NCBI GenBank assembly: GCA_051942245.1
Contig: JAVECL010000121.1
Location: 1-48,876, forward strand
Direction of reading: 5' to 3'
Source: Trypethelium eluteriae
Taxonomy: Eukaryota
DNA: 48,876 bases
Positions within the stretch are counted from its first letter, which is position 1; every line of letters begins with the position of its first letter. Shown here piece after piece: positions 11,880 through 24,231 of the stretch. The position numbers and the translations under genes are program-made. Under the pieces are notes generated by a model. It was not told where the DNA came from. It saw only the letters and a list, made by a program, of their open reading frames with translations, and searched no databases.

Positions 11880-12490
11880 TGGACGCGTCAAGGTCACCAG
11901 GTGAGAACCAATGCCTAAGCCAAGCAAGACAAATTTTTATCCTAAGCCAGTAAACCCCGTCTCCCAATAGGACCTTCGGACAACCACCTTCGGAGGAAAC
12001 AGACCGAGCTTGGAAATCGCTATTTCCAAGGCAAGGAAGCTTCTTCAAACACCCTTCCATTGCGTCGTCCCGATCGGCGCTCTCGGTTTTCCATCAGCAG
12101 CACTGTCTCGTACGTGATACTTGCATAGGTCGGCTTGTCGCTGACCAGTGACAGGATGGTCTACGAATATCTTATTGCGCGGTCTACGATGACGCTATGG
12201 CTGAGCGAAAATTGGACGAGGGGAAGCTTCCGATGATGTCTTCAACAACCCATATGCGTCACTGCTTAGATCTTCTCCGCCAGAGCTTGATGTGCCAGCC
12301 AGATATGACAGTTGAGGTGAAAGGCGAGATTGCGGGAGGCGTAACAGGCTTTTGAACGATGTATTCCTGTCGCGAATGGAGCCAACTTGTAGCCTGCACT
12401 TCACGACGGGAAACGTATAATAAGGACGGAGGAAATGGAAGTCCTCATGTGCATCCGAAGGAAAAGGAGGGCGAACATGTGAATGTATGA
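11880..12490 (+). pseudogene. Second DUF3328/UstYa-family oxidase, decayed (absent from the ORF track)
   Basis: Reads NRTFGQPPSEETDRAWKSLFP...SVFHQQHCL, intron 12110-12154, then DGLR...THMRHCLDLLRQSLMCQPD...VTGF*TMYSCREW. Both HxxHC motifs are present, with an in-frame TGA at 12353-12355. The 5' exons are not cleanly recoverable, so the start coordinate is approximate. Confidence 0.85.
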
Positions 12491-13564
12491 TCAACGACTA
12501 AGAGAGGTTGCTTTCCGGTCCCTACATATGTCTGATTAGAGGAGATTCGACGAAGCGCAGCTTGCAAGTTGCTCGTCTGTTGATTGTGCCGTCTCTTGAC
12601 TGTATCATCCAGGCAGAGAACGTGTACTCTAGAATGTCGAGAGGTTGGCTTCTTCAGAGCCAACCGGAAACTCGGCCGAGAGTAAAGGTGGTGTCCCTAT
12701 GTACTCCGAAGGGTGCACCAACTCGGCCGGGGGTTTCTTGCACTTTCCAAGACCTGGAGACTTGGAGCAGAGCTTCCTTCACGATGGTTTCAGCTGGGCA
12801 TGAAGTGGCGATCGGAGCATCAGAGCCCGACCGGGTCACCAAGCGCTCTCCTTGCCCTTGGCCCGAGCGCCATTCCCTACCAAGAGGGTTTCCTCTTCTA
12901 TGTACTCGCACTCCGTGTACTGTGGGCTTGGAGAGAATAGCTTGAATACTCTACCTATGCAGGCATTGGACTCCGCCGCTATCTGCTGCTGCTATCTCCA
13001 AGTTCAAAATCACTCCATAATGTACTGGGTGAGTTACGAATTGATCTCAAGTAGTCTTGAAGCAGTAGCAAGTACAATTGCATCGCATACATTGGCCCCA
13101 ATACCTCTTTGGAGGTCAAGTCACATGTCTGAGACGAACACCTGGTGATCCTTTCGTGGTTTGCGCACAATTCATGCAGATCTGTCTTGCTGTGTTTTGC
13201 CGTCTCAAAAGTCTTAGCACTCTTACCGTTGCAGTACCGCAACCTACCCGAGATCCTTACAAATTCGTCTTGAAACTCCACATTACACGCCAACAGTCAA
13301 TCCTGACGCCTCGGTCTGGACAATGGACCCACACCGGCTTCTAATCTGGAAACCTTTTTGCTTGCTCTGGAGAGTAACAACCCACCTCTAAGAGGGGATT
13401 ACGTAGGATGCTGTGGAGGCCTTCCTTCACGCCTTGTTCCATCTTCCAGAACCGAAGCACATTGGTTAAATAAGATGGCGTCCCTTGGCGGATCAATCTT
13501 TCAGGTTCTAGACATCATCTTTCATACCCAAAATTCTTTCATTTTTCAGTAATCCTCTTTCATA

Positions 13565-16025
13565 ATGCATTCTGTCGTTCAGTTCTGTGCTCTTTTGCTC
13601 TTTGCTACTAGTTCTTTCGCTGCTTCTATTCCAAACAGTCATGTATTACACGAGAAGCGAGGCTTTGAACATCCTCATTGGATCAAGCGTTCCCGGGTTC
13701 CTTCTCATAAGACAATGCCCATTTCCATTGGATTGACACAGAGTAATCTTGACAAGGGACAGGACTACCTGATGGACGTGTATGTTCGATCGTTGCTCTC
13801 ATAATCCTGAGAGGGACCTTCTGAAGGCTTGAGATATATTCTTACTTGTACATCACAGTTCGGATCCCGAATCGATCAACTATGGAAAGCACTGGACGGC
13901 TCAACAGATTACCGACGCTTTCGCTCCCTCCGAAGAGACGATCAATGCTGTCAAAGATTGGGTGGTATCGTCGGGGATTTCTTCTAGTAAACTCTCTCTT
14001 TCGGGAAGCAAAGGATGGATATCTATGGACATAACGGCTGGACAGGCAGAACGCCTTTTCCATACCAACTACCACGTCTACGAGCATGTGGCCACTGGAC
14101 AGAAGACCACTGCCTGCGAGCAGTAAGTCCATCTCTCTCTGCTGATTGACCTGGATATTGCTCTGATGTCTGTCTTACTTAGGTACCATGTACCAAGGAG
14201 CATTCAAAACCACGTTGACTACGTGACTCCCGGCGTAGCTCTCGCTTCACCTGCACGTGCCCAAGCTAAGGTGGCAGCGGATACCAGCTCGATGTCCCTT
14301 GCGGATCAGTTCGCCTTTTTGGGCCTCGGAAACCGTACACTTGCATCAGTCGTAAACGATCTTTCCGTTTGTGATAGGCTTACAACTCCGGCATGTGTAA
14401 AAGCACTTTACCAGATTCCTAACGGAACTAGCGCGGCTCCTGGGAATGCTTTGGGCGTCTTTGAATCAAACATCGGTCCCATGGGGTCTTACAACCAGAA
14501 CGATCTCAATCAGTTCTTTCAGACTTTCATGCCAAATATTCCCCAGGGAACAGCCCCGACACTCCAATCCATCAACGGTGGAACCGCCCCGAGTCCCCCG
14601 AATATGACTTCCCTAGAAGCGGATTTGGATTTCCAAGTTGCTTATCCGATTGTTTTCCCTCAGACGACACAAGTTTTCCAAGTGAATCCTGGTCAATTTT
14701 CACCATTCAATCAATTTCTCGATGCTATTGATGCCGTACGCACCCCTTCATACCTTAAAAGGCAGTTGACTCTATCGAGAGACACTAACGATATCATCAG
14801 TCATATTGCAATTCCACTGCCTTTGGAATTACAGGAAACACTCCCCAAATCGATGGTCCATTAGCCAACTGCGGAAATGTGAAGCCAACGAATGTGTTTT
14901 CCGTCTCCTTTTCGAGCGAAGAATTTTCGCTTCCATCGACCTACCAGCAAAGACAGTGTAATGAGTAAGGCACTTTCCCTTCTCGATACCTACTGAAAAT
15001 TCTCTTCTTCGTCTAGTCCACTGTTTCTGACTAGTCGTTCCAACAGATTTATGAAGCTTGGCTTATCAGGAAAGACGGTCGTTTTCGCGTCTGGAGATAC
15101 TGGCACGGGCACTCCATCTCGAAGCCCGGCTGAAGGTTGCTTAACCCCTCAAGGTGTTCCTGGGCCAGGTGGTAATATCTTTAACGTTGGATCGCCTGTC
15201 GCCTGCCCCTTCGTTACGACCGTCGGAGCAACTCAGGTTAATTCAGGAAACTCGGTGAACGTCCCAGAAAGTGCCGCGGTTGATCCTATCAATGCATTTT
15301 CGTCTGGAGGAGGGTTCAGCAATGTCTTCGCCACTCCACAGTATCAGGCCAAGGCCGTGTCTAAGTAAGTCCTGTTTTCCTACGTGCCTGAGCACGAGGG
15401 TCGTCCTGAACTCCGATTTCAATATTCGAGCTACTACAACACCATTTGCTGACTGTCGGGATCATCGCAGTTTCATCGCCAATGGCGCAAAGGGACTCAA
15501 GTCATACAGCGGCAACCAAGCACTTGGTGCTAATGGAGGAGTTTTCAATGCGAGTGGTCGGGGCTACCCTGATGTCTCCGCTGCAGGGAAGCACTTTGCT
15601 ACTTTCCTACAGGGTCAGTTCGCGGGTACTGTTGATGGAACTAGTGCGGGTAAGGAAACCCCCCATCGTGTGGCTCCGGAGCAACTCATTGACGAGGCTT
15701 TGCAGCGACTCCAATCTTCGCTTCCGTGATCAACCGTATAAATGACCAGCGTATTGCGGCCGGGAAGAGCCCGGTGGGATTCGTCAATCCAGCGTTGTAC
15801 GCAAATCCTGGAGTTCTCAACGATGTGACGACCGGAAACAACCTTGGGTGCGCAAACAACACTGTCGGCTTTACTGCTAGTACAGGGTGAGTTTGCCCGC
15901 TTTCCGCTAATATCCATGGTGCGTAAAGAATGTCAGTACTAACGCTGATCAGTTGGGATCCGGTGACGGGCCTTGGAACGCCAAACTTTCCGAAAATGAT
16001 GAACTTATTCATGGGCCTGCCGTAA
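13565..16025 (+). CDS. Secreted sedolisin-family (S53) serine-carboxyl peptidase, aorsin/tripeptidyl-peptidase-like
   Basis: Signal peptide and pro-domain (HVLHEKR...IGLTQSNLD); catalytic EADLD, oxyanion SGDTG, GRGYPDVSA, nucleophile GTSA|ATP; C-terminal GWDPVTGLGTP. RQCNEFMKLGL segment as in aorsin-type enzymes. Multiple GT-AG introns. Confidence 0.93.
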
Positions 16026-16743
16026 ATTTTGTCAACTGCATAGCGGATGGAGTTGGGGATTGAGGTTTTGGCACGAGGACGGCTCTGGTCCGCAACCCGT
16101 CATGGTATGCAGGACCACCTGGTACTTTTGAAGAGACCATACGGTGAGCGTATGGTTGCATAGTGGAATGAGTTTCTGCAGGGTGGCGACTTGGAGCCGG
16201 CTCCGAGGTTATAGCTGCGTCTTTGCTCTTTAGCAAGAGAACGTGGATAAATCGCGTCAAATTGTAGGCGCATGGGCCATGTTTCGAGCCCTGTATGTCA
16301 AAACACGAGACGTTCGTTCTAAGCAACGATGACCATCCATAGAGCAGGAAGAGTGACGGGCATTACTGCCTTAAGCTTGGCCAGTTTGTTGTGGCCTTTG
16401 AATCAGGTACCTGGCCGTTTCTCGAACGTGTGAGCTCCGCGTACTCCAAGAGCAATTAAGTACACAAATAAGCAGCTGGATGCGAGCGGTCAACCTAGTT
16501 CTGGCATTGATCAAGACGGAAACGCATTAGACTTCTCGCGTTCCACCCATTCAGATGATGGGATAGAAGCCGTACGGAACACTTTCCCGTTTCATCTGCG
16601 CCTTAGCACCTCAGCTCTGCAGGGACAAGTCGTCACTTCTGCAGGTGCATCTGACCGATCTGTCCGTGGGGTATAAGCTTAACAGATAATTGGAGGAGTA
16701 CTCCGAAAGCCACTCTGTCGAAGAGCCTTGGAGCTGGCGAGGA

Positions 16744-16775
16744 GCAGTAGTGGGGCAGTAGTGGGGCATCGTGGG
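16744..16775. repeat. Short tandem repeat (GCAGTAGTGGG)x2 plus a degenerate third copy, in the NmrA-like gene promoter
   Basis: gcagtagtggg gcagtagtggg gcatcgtggg; contains GTGGGG matches to the CreA consensus SYGGRG. Confidence 0.6.
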
Positions 16776-17175
16776 AAAGGGCGGAGCTTAGCTAATACAT
16801 TCCCCGTTGAGCTCGATGATTGGCTGAATTGGAAATCTACTCCCATATAGGCAACGGGCTAACTCCACGTCGTAATACCAGCATGTGCTTGGACCCTTTA
16901 GTAGCTATCCACAAAGGATACCGCAGTGTTTGCAACCGTAAACTGGGGAGATCATCTAACATGCGGAGCAATTCAAGCTCCAGAAGCCGCCATCGACCGG
17001 TACCGTCGGACACCGACTCTCTGGTCAAGAGCATGTATAAAAGCAAGCTCCATATACCGGATGACGAGCTTCTCCTTGCATGCTTTCTCTCCTCAGACCT
17101 CTCCGTACAACAACTCGTCCGAGATACTTCCAACCTCTAGTACCGAAATACAACTTCTCTTCTACGATTTCCAAG

Positions 17176-18201
17176 ATGGTTTCTAACAACCGAATCGAAA
17201 AAGTTGCCGTTGTTGGAGTACGTGAACGAAACCTTACCCCCCAGTCATTGACCACCGCTGACAATCAAACTTAGGCTGGTGGAAACGTCGGCACATACAT
17301 TACGGAAGCCCTCCTTAAATCCGGAAAGCATAAGGTCACTGCCATCACCCGAGGCGACAGTTCCAGTCAACTTCCCGCAGGAGTCGAGTCAAAAAAGGTG
17401 GACTACAATGATCAATCTTCGCTAGTCTCGGCGCTTCAGGGACAAGACGCCTTAGTCATTACCTTGGGCGTCATGGCATTGGATGCGGAGCCCAAGCTAG
17501 TCGATGCCGCCGCAGCGGCAGGTGTTCCTTGGATCCTCCCTAACGTCTGGTCTCCGGACATGGACAATGAGTCCCTGAGCAAGGAAACCCTCGTTGGCGA
17601 CAAGATCCAAGCCACCAAACAACACATCCTCAAAGTGGGAAAGAGCAACTTCATTTCCGTGTCGACAGGCTTCTGGTACGAGTACAGTCTCGCCATCCCC
17701 GCTGCCTACGGCTTCGACTTCAAAGACAAGACCGTGACACTGTTCGACGAAGGCACCACGAAGATCCAGACCTCAACATGGCCACAGGTCGGACGCGCCG
17801 TCGCCAGCCTCTTGAGTCTCAAGGTCGCGCCTGATGGAGCGAGCGACAACAGCCCCAACCTTGAGCAATACAAGAACAAGTACATCTACACCAACTCATT
17901 CACCATCAGCCAAAGGGACATGCTGGACTCCGTTCTGCGGGTCACCAAGACGAAGGAGTCAGACTGGAAGATTGAGAAGGAGTCGAGCCACCAGCGGTAT
18001 GCCGCCGGCATGCAGGCGTTGCAGACGGGAGACCAGACTGCCTTCGCCAAGATCCTCTACTCCAGAGTCTTCTTCCCCGATGGCAGTGGCAACATTGAGA
18101 ACACTAAAGGCCTCTCGAACGGTCTTCTTGGCTTACCGAAGGAGGATTTGGATGAGTACACGGCGATTGCGATTGAGAGGTCCAAGAAGCCAGCTTGGTA
18201 A
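17176..18201 (+). CDS. NmrA/isoflavone-reductase-like NAD(P)-binding oxidoreductase (CipA-like)
   Basis: KVAVVG|AGGNVG Rossmann motif split by an intron at about 17218-17274; VTAITR, VDYND..SLV.AL.GQDALVI, GFWYEYSL, QVGRAVA. An in-frame upstream ATG exists at 17080. Confidence 0.9.
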
Positions 18202-18782
18202 AAGTTGAGTCTAAGGCCGTACTGGTTTAGATAAAAGTTGCTGGATGATAGAACATTATCTGCAGATAATCTTCAGGCAACATCATTGAAGAACGCCGAC
18301 TGATTAAAGTTACCTCTTTCACTCAATAATGTGATTAATTCTTGACTCAACGTGCAACATTGCCTCACGCCAAAAGGTACTAGATCATGCATCGAAATTT
18401 GACCAGTTTCTGGAGGAGTATTGACAGCATTCCACACTACTGATCAAGGTACAGTGTATTTGATTGCTCATAAGAAACCAATTTAAGGCTATTTAAAGAT
18501 CGCTGTCATGGAAATACGCTACATGTTTTACAGCGTTAAGTTTCGCACCTAGGAGCCTTTTTCATTCCACCACACAGCCTCCTTGCTGGTCTGTGGCTGC
18601 TAGTGTTCAATAATTCATTGGTATTTGGCTGTGAGGACACATGGGTACTCCTGTGCTAAGCGAGTGGTGGTTGATGTGTCTAGGGGTATATGTAGACTGT
18701 GACAAAATGAAACCGAGGAAAATACAATTGGTAATGAAATGTGAGGCGTGCCCAGAGTAGTGCTGAAGCTTTATGGCGACAG

Positions 18783-20158
18783 CTAAATTTGGTAACGCCA
18801 CCAGAGTGCTCGATAATCGCTGCCCAGATGCTTTATGTCGGTAGCTGTGGGAGCTCCCCAGGTAGAAGTCGAGCTCGCGATGAAAGCCTTTATTCGAGAA
18901 TCATCTGCGTGATATCGATTGAGGTAGATCCATATTGCTCTGTGCTCTAAGGATGCCCTTCCAGACATCCACCAGGTGGACTGTTCTATCAGTTCATACC
19001 ATAGAGCCATCATCACCAGAGCACATGGATCTTTCAGCCGAAGTAGCGCCTCGAAGGCAGACTGCATCGTATTTGGGAATGCCAAGAAACGAAGGGTTTT
19101 CGTACAGCTCACATCGTCTTGGATGAGTATAGATAGCATGTGTGCAGCGGTGTGATATGGATTATTGCTATCGTTCGAGGTCTGCTCGAGAGCACATAAG
19201 GCAACGAGAGGTGGAAGAACACCGCCAATACCCTCACTGGGTAATTGTATGCCTAGACAGCGCTCACTGAAGGGTTCTGTCGCTCCTTGGAATACACTAC
19301 CGGACCGTTCGAAATCGACCATCGGCCATAGAGTTCGCAAGCCTTTTTGCATCTCAAGCCAGGTAAGATCGGCAGGTGTGGCAGGCCTTAAAGGCCACAC
19401 TTGCTCGGGATCGTCCGTTTCGATGGCGAACAAGCTGGCCCAGCATATGAACGCGGCTGTCATCCAGATCGCGTCAAGGTTGGAACTCTGAATATTGAAT
19501 GAGAGGTCCTGATTTAGATACTGCAAGGCCATACTCCAATGGTAACTTTCTAGTGGTGTACGTTCCCTATGAGCCTCGTGCGCAAGATAGCGATCGTGCA
19601 TTGCGGTTACCGTCATTGCAATGTGCAAGAGATGTTGGTTCTGGACCGCAACATTAAAACCGTAGCTCAGATCTAGAAAGTGGACTTACGGTGGTCATTA
19701 ATCTCAATGCTTCTTTTTGGAAAACACGACCAGCTATTGTCAGCCCCGATGAGGTCAATGTCCTATTTTGGAATCGCGACAAGCGCTCCAGGTCCGGTAA
19801 GTCCAACTGGAAGATCTTGCCCACAGAAGCTCCCTTATCCGAAGCCGAAGCGATAATGTTGTTCAAATGATCCATGATAACTTGATTGGTGGAGCAGATC
19901 GAAGTGGTTTGTGGGACTTCTTGTTCGTGTGAGCTCGAGAGCTCGGCCACGTTGCTTGCATAGCTACACAACAGTCCATTATTGCGGCATTTCAAGCAGC
20001 CTGGCCTTGTCTCATCACACTATGAGATCGTTCAGTATGCTTGTTGAAAGCTATCGAAACTATCATCCAAGGCATACCTTGACATGTCGCAACTTGCAGT
20101 TGCCACAGCCTTTCCGCGAGTTCGAGTGCCGCTTTCGTCGCCCTTGTTGCGCCACCAT
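18783..20158 (-). CDS. Zn(II)2Cys6 transcription factor, Upc2/Ecm22-like architecture
   Basis: MVAQQGRRKRHSNSRKGCGNCKLRHVK|CDETRPGCLKCRNNGLLCSY gives all six cysteines across an intron. The C-terminal domain has HLLHIAMTVTAMH, KDPCALVMMALW and WW motifs typical of the Upc2-like group. Confidence 0.9.
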
Positions 20159-21749
20159 TTGGGTTGCTCATACGCAGGGCCCTTCTGGATAATAAGCGGC
20201 ATTCCTATTAGGTTGCAAGGAACGAAGGTCAAACGGAAATCACAAAAGACGAAATCCATCTTGCATCTGGCCTGACGGTGAACCGGTTACATAAGAGCGG
20301 CTGAGGCTTGCCTAGTCGCCGAGTGGCTCGGGCTCCTCAAATAGAAATGAACCCTGCTGGACCCTGAGAGTCTTCATGTCATTGATTATGTAAGCAAAGC
20401 TCACCGAATATTGCAGCCTCAGATTTTCTCAAAGGGTATCTATTGAGATCTGGCAGCGACCTGTGAGAAACGGGATCAATGAAGAAGTCTATCAGAAGCC
20501 TGAGTACTCCATCACCATACGATTAGAAGAGCGACATCCCGAAATATCCTTTACGTAATTCGAAATCAGCGCATATTAGCTGGCTAGGGGTTGACGTGTT
20601 CTGAAGACTTTTGCGCATTACCAATGGCTCTTGTCTGGCTAATCAACTTTTCGCTGTTTCAATGGACTCTCGATTGACAGAGGCGTAGTTCATGCCTCCC
20701 AATTCCCACGAAAACTGACGTACTGAACAGGCGTTGCCGGCTCTCTTCCAGCTACAATCTTCCCAAACCTGTGCTCGTTGCAAACGAATGGGTCACCCAC
20801 AAGCAATGGATCTTCGCAAAGGCTCACTGCCAGTCGTCCTCCTCTCATGTACCCTCATTAGACTTATAGAGAACATTTCTCCAATCCTTCGCCGACGGAG
20901 CTATGAAAGAGAAGAGTGGGTGTGTCGTACAGATAAACGCCTGGCATTTATAATAGTATAGGTCAAGGAAGCTCCTCGTAGCTACATAAACAAGTGATGA
21001 ATATCAACAAGGGGTAGAATGGATCGCAGTGGAAGCGAAGTTTCACACCGCAGAGTGCAAAACAATGCTACAATGCATGGAAAGGAGCGGGGTATGCAAA
21101 TGCAGTAGTACATCAGGTCAGTCGGGCTGGGCCTGTTGCCATCACTGTCTCTAAATCTTTGCGGACCGCCCTCTCTCTCGTGTGTGTGCTTCCCGTCTTT
21201 GTTCTTTGTGTGTCATTTCATCCTCGTCTGGATGCTACCATTCTGGCATCACTTGTGTCAGAGCTCGATAGTCTCGCACTTGTACTCAGTAACATTGTTT
21301 GCTACCATCGGCGCTCAATACCCCCAAAGCAACTTGTCCGTAACGGAGGGTCGCGTCTTCACTATTGGACTATCTTTCAATTTCAGTAAAGGGAAATATC
21401 TTCTATGACAAGGGCGAATCTGATGACTTGCAAGAGCCTGTCCAACTTAAGTACTTTGAAGCTCGGCTTCTTGCACTCGGAAATCTGTCTAGCGGTTCTC
21501 TTGGAGCGACGGTCGTACACACAGTGGTTGCATTGCCTGTCTGCCGAGCTTTAGAGCGCCATGTCCCGTTTGAATACTTAAATCGATCTAAAATGAAGTC
21601 CGCATTTGTGTGAAGAATGGAGCTCAAGTTGTTCATATAACTTCCAACTACTGGTCAGCCTGGCACTCATAAAATCTGATCCGTTCAGTTGTCCTAGTCG
21701 TCTTTAAGACCTCGCAGTACGTCCAGAGACTCGCCTTATGAGCTCTGGG

Positions 21750-22140
21750 GCTTCCTTCGCGTCACTTATCGACTTGCTTGATACTCTATCCAAATGAACC
21801 GTCTTCTCAAACCTCGGATGTGCTTAATTTAGTCTTTGATTGTAAGAACTCTGACTCTTGAGAGCTGGATCTACAGTCCGCAATTTCTACTTGAACGGCT
21901 GCTTGGATGACACGAGACATTGGTGAGTCAACTTAGGAAGTTACTTACCAGCTATTTGAAGAGCATAGATTTCCTGAGCTTCTTTCCAGTTTGAGGCTCT
22001 TTTGAACGATCTTGAGAAGTCGGCAAAAGGACAGAAGTCAAGAGAACCTACGCTCAACCTGGGCCTTGTTTCCTGTTAATCAAAACTGTAAGGATCGCAT
22101 TGCGAATGTTGTCAAGAGCCGATCTGTTTTCTAGTGAGCG
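21750..22140 (+). pseudogene. Possible decayed N-terminal domain of a fungal NACHT/NLR-type gene
   Basis: Broken frames give ASFASLIDLLDTLSK, FEALLNDLEKSAK and LRSTWALF...CKDRIANVVKSRSVF**, loosely like SesA-type helical N-termini. Many stops and frameshifts. Confidence 0.2.
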
Positions 22141-22825
22141 ACAATGTCGAAGTCCACAATATGGCCCCAATTTCAAATGAAAAGTCTTAGTCCTTGAGCA
22201 GATGAGGACCGCACGCGGATGTTGCAATCTTTCTGAACCAAAATATAGAATGCGAGCCCAAGCCAAGAATGTACCAATTGAAGTCAGTGGTGCAGCTTCT
22301 CCGGCTGTTTGGGCTGTGTTGAGTTTGGCTTTGAGTCTGGACTAGAATGTCGAGACTAGTAGCATTTTCAGTGTATCAGATTGAGGTTTGGGTGACCTTT
22401 GTGGCTTCTGGATCTCTCTGTGAGATATTTTGGCGTTTCCTTTGTAGGCCATATACTGACGAAAAGGTGAGAATTGAGGACTCGGTATATACTTCGTGAA
22501 ATTATTTTAGATTAGTCATAGCTAGCAATGTCTGGCTGGAAACGAATGCCACGCTACCAAAATTCGCCCAGTCGTGATTCACCAGCCATCAAAAGCATTT
22601 TCAACTGTGAACCTAACCAATGTTAGCGGCCCTGTGTGAGATACCGGAAGAAAGCTAATAGCATTCGGACCATTCCTGAAAGCTTTTAAGACTCTGGCTC
22701 GGTAATTAAGTGCTTATCGAAACTGCAGCAGCTTGCTCTCCTAGCACCTATAGCTTGGGAGCAATTTCATCAAGTTGAGATCATGCAGGGCTTATAACGT
22801 AAGCTTCAACAAGCGGTGATAGGCC

Positions 22826-24231
22826 TCAGACCTGCGAGCCATGGACGGGTACCAGCTGAACCTCTGTAGAATCCAGAGATTGCTTGGCCCAATGCGTGTG
22901 TTCTTGGATTGTTGGTTTCGTGCTAGAGCCTTGGGACCTGTTCGATGACTTCCGAATGCTTGATCTGAAAAGATGAGAACTATTTGACTCGAGCCGGGAC
23001 CACAAAGAGCTTAAGCTGAGCGGATGGTTGGATTTGAAGAGTGCGGGTAGGGTTGGGAAGCATCCAACCATGATTGTAGCTTCCAGCTCGAACGTTCTGT
23101 AGCGATTAGAGAATGCGTGACTTGGCGTGCGGTTGGGAAACTTACACTAGAATGATTTCCGGTGCGAAGGCCCATGAGGTGTCTTTGGTACTGTTCTGCT
23201 TCACTCGGTATGCAATTCCGAGGATACTCGACACGACGGCACTGTAATTTGTTAGTACCCACGAAGAGTGTTGGCAAAATTAAATGATGGTAACTAACAG
23301 AAGTCCTGTGAAGAAAACTAGACACAGCATCACTTTGCGCCTCTGATGCAATTGAAGCTGCGCAATACCAATCAGGGGCAGGATCAAAAGGTAGACGTCA
23401 ATGAATGCATTGAATCCACTTGTGACGACGTTCAGGACCGATATCTTGTTAGAACATGTCCAAAATGATGGTCGCCCAGGAAGGCAAAGAAAGATGGCCA
23501 AGAAGAAAGCCGTGACTTGTAAGATCACATTGTATGCGATGGCGAAGTAGATTCCCCATCGCATCCCTCGCTTGCTGCCGAAGATATTGAGGAAGAATAT
23601 GCAAAGAGAAAGTTTTGCAAGCAGCATGAACGGCTTGTAAATGTATGTGATGGCATTCAAGTACTATGCCATGGTTAGCAGACATTGCCTGAGCAAAGGT
23701 CAGAATGACTCTTACATCAGTCAAGTCAACGAGCGTCCCTAATGGAACGTTCCACTCGTGGTATCCAAAACCGTGCGAGAAGACTGTGACTTGTCAGTAA
23801 ATTCCCAGGTGCTGGAGCAAGAGTTCCAAAGGCAAGAAACTCGATGTACACACCATAGATGATCAGTGAGGCGTAAGCGACTGCGCCAACCTATCGAAAA
23901 TGAGAACCCTCCTAAAGTGTAAAGGGAATTTCAGGAATACCGTAGCACCAATGCTTGTGTCTAGAGCAGGTCAGCAATAGAGCGTACAGCCACATTGAGA
24001 AAAGAACTTACAATCGTCCCATCCAGGTGAACGTACAACCAATAGCTTTGTCCAGAGACGTAAAAGGAGGACGAACACGGTAACACCTGTAAGAACCGCT
24101 GTGACGATGATCGTTTGAGTCGCATTCGATCCATCTTTGCCAGGATTGTGAAGGTCTGTTGTCTTTCCTGGTGGAGGCTTCATAGCTGGATAGTTCTCCA
24201 GCATCTCCGGCGACAGCTTCGTAGGATCCAT
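22826..24231 (-). CDS. Pth11-like (rhodopsin-domain, no CFEM) 7-TM integral membrane protein
   Basis: PAMKPPPG N-terminus, LRLWTK...GWDD, KLSLCIFFLNIF, DVYLLILP..I.QLQL..RRK, E....IMVGCFPTL; several introns. Confidence 0.88.

Noticed and set aside
12500..13350. Overlapping short ORFs upstream of the S53 gene
   Set aside because: No recognisable domain in any frame examined. It may be a gene relic but this cannot be supported.
7296..22467. Exact 15-mer ATACTGACGAAAAGG at 7296 and 22453
   Set aside because: About one or two such matches are expected by chance in 49 kb, and there is no extended similarity or TIR/TSD structure.
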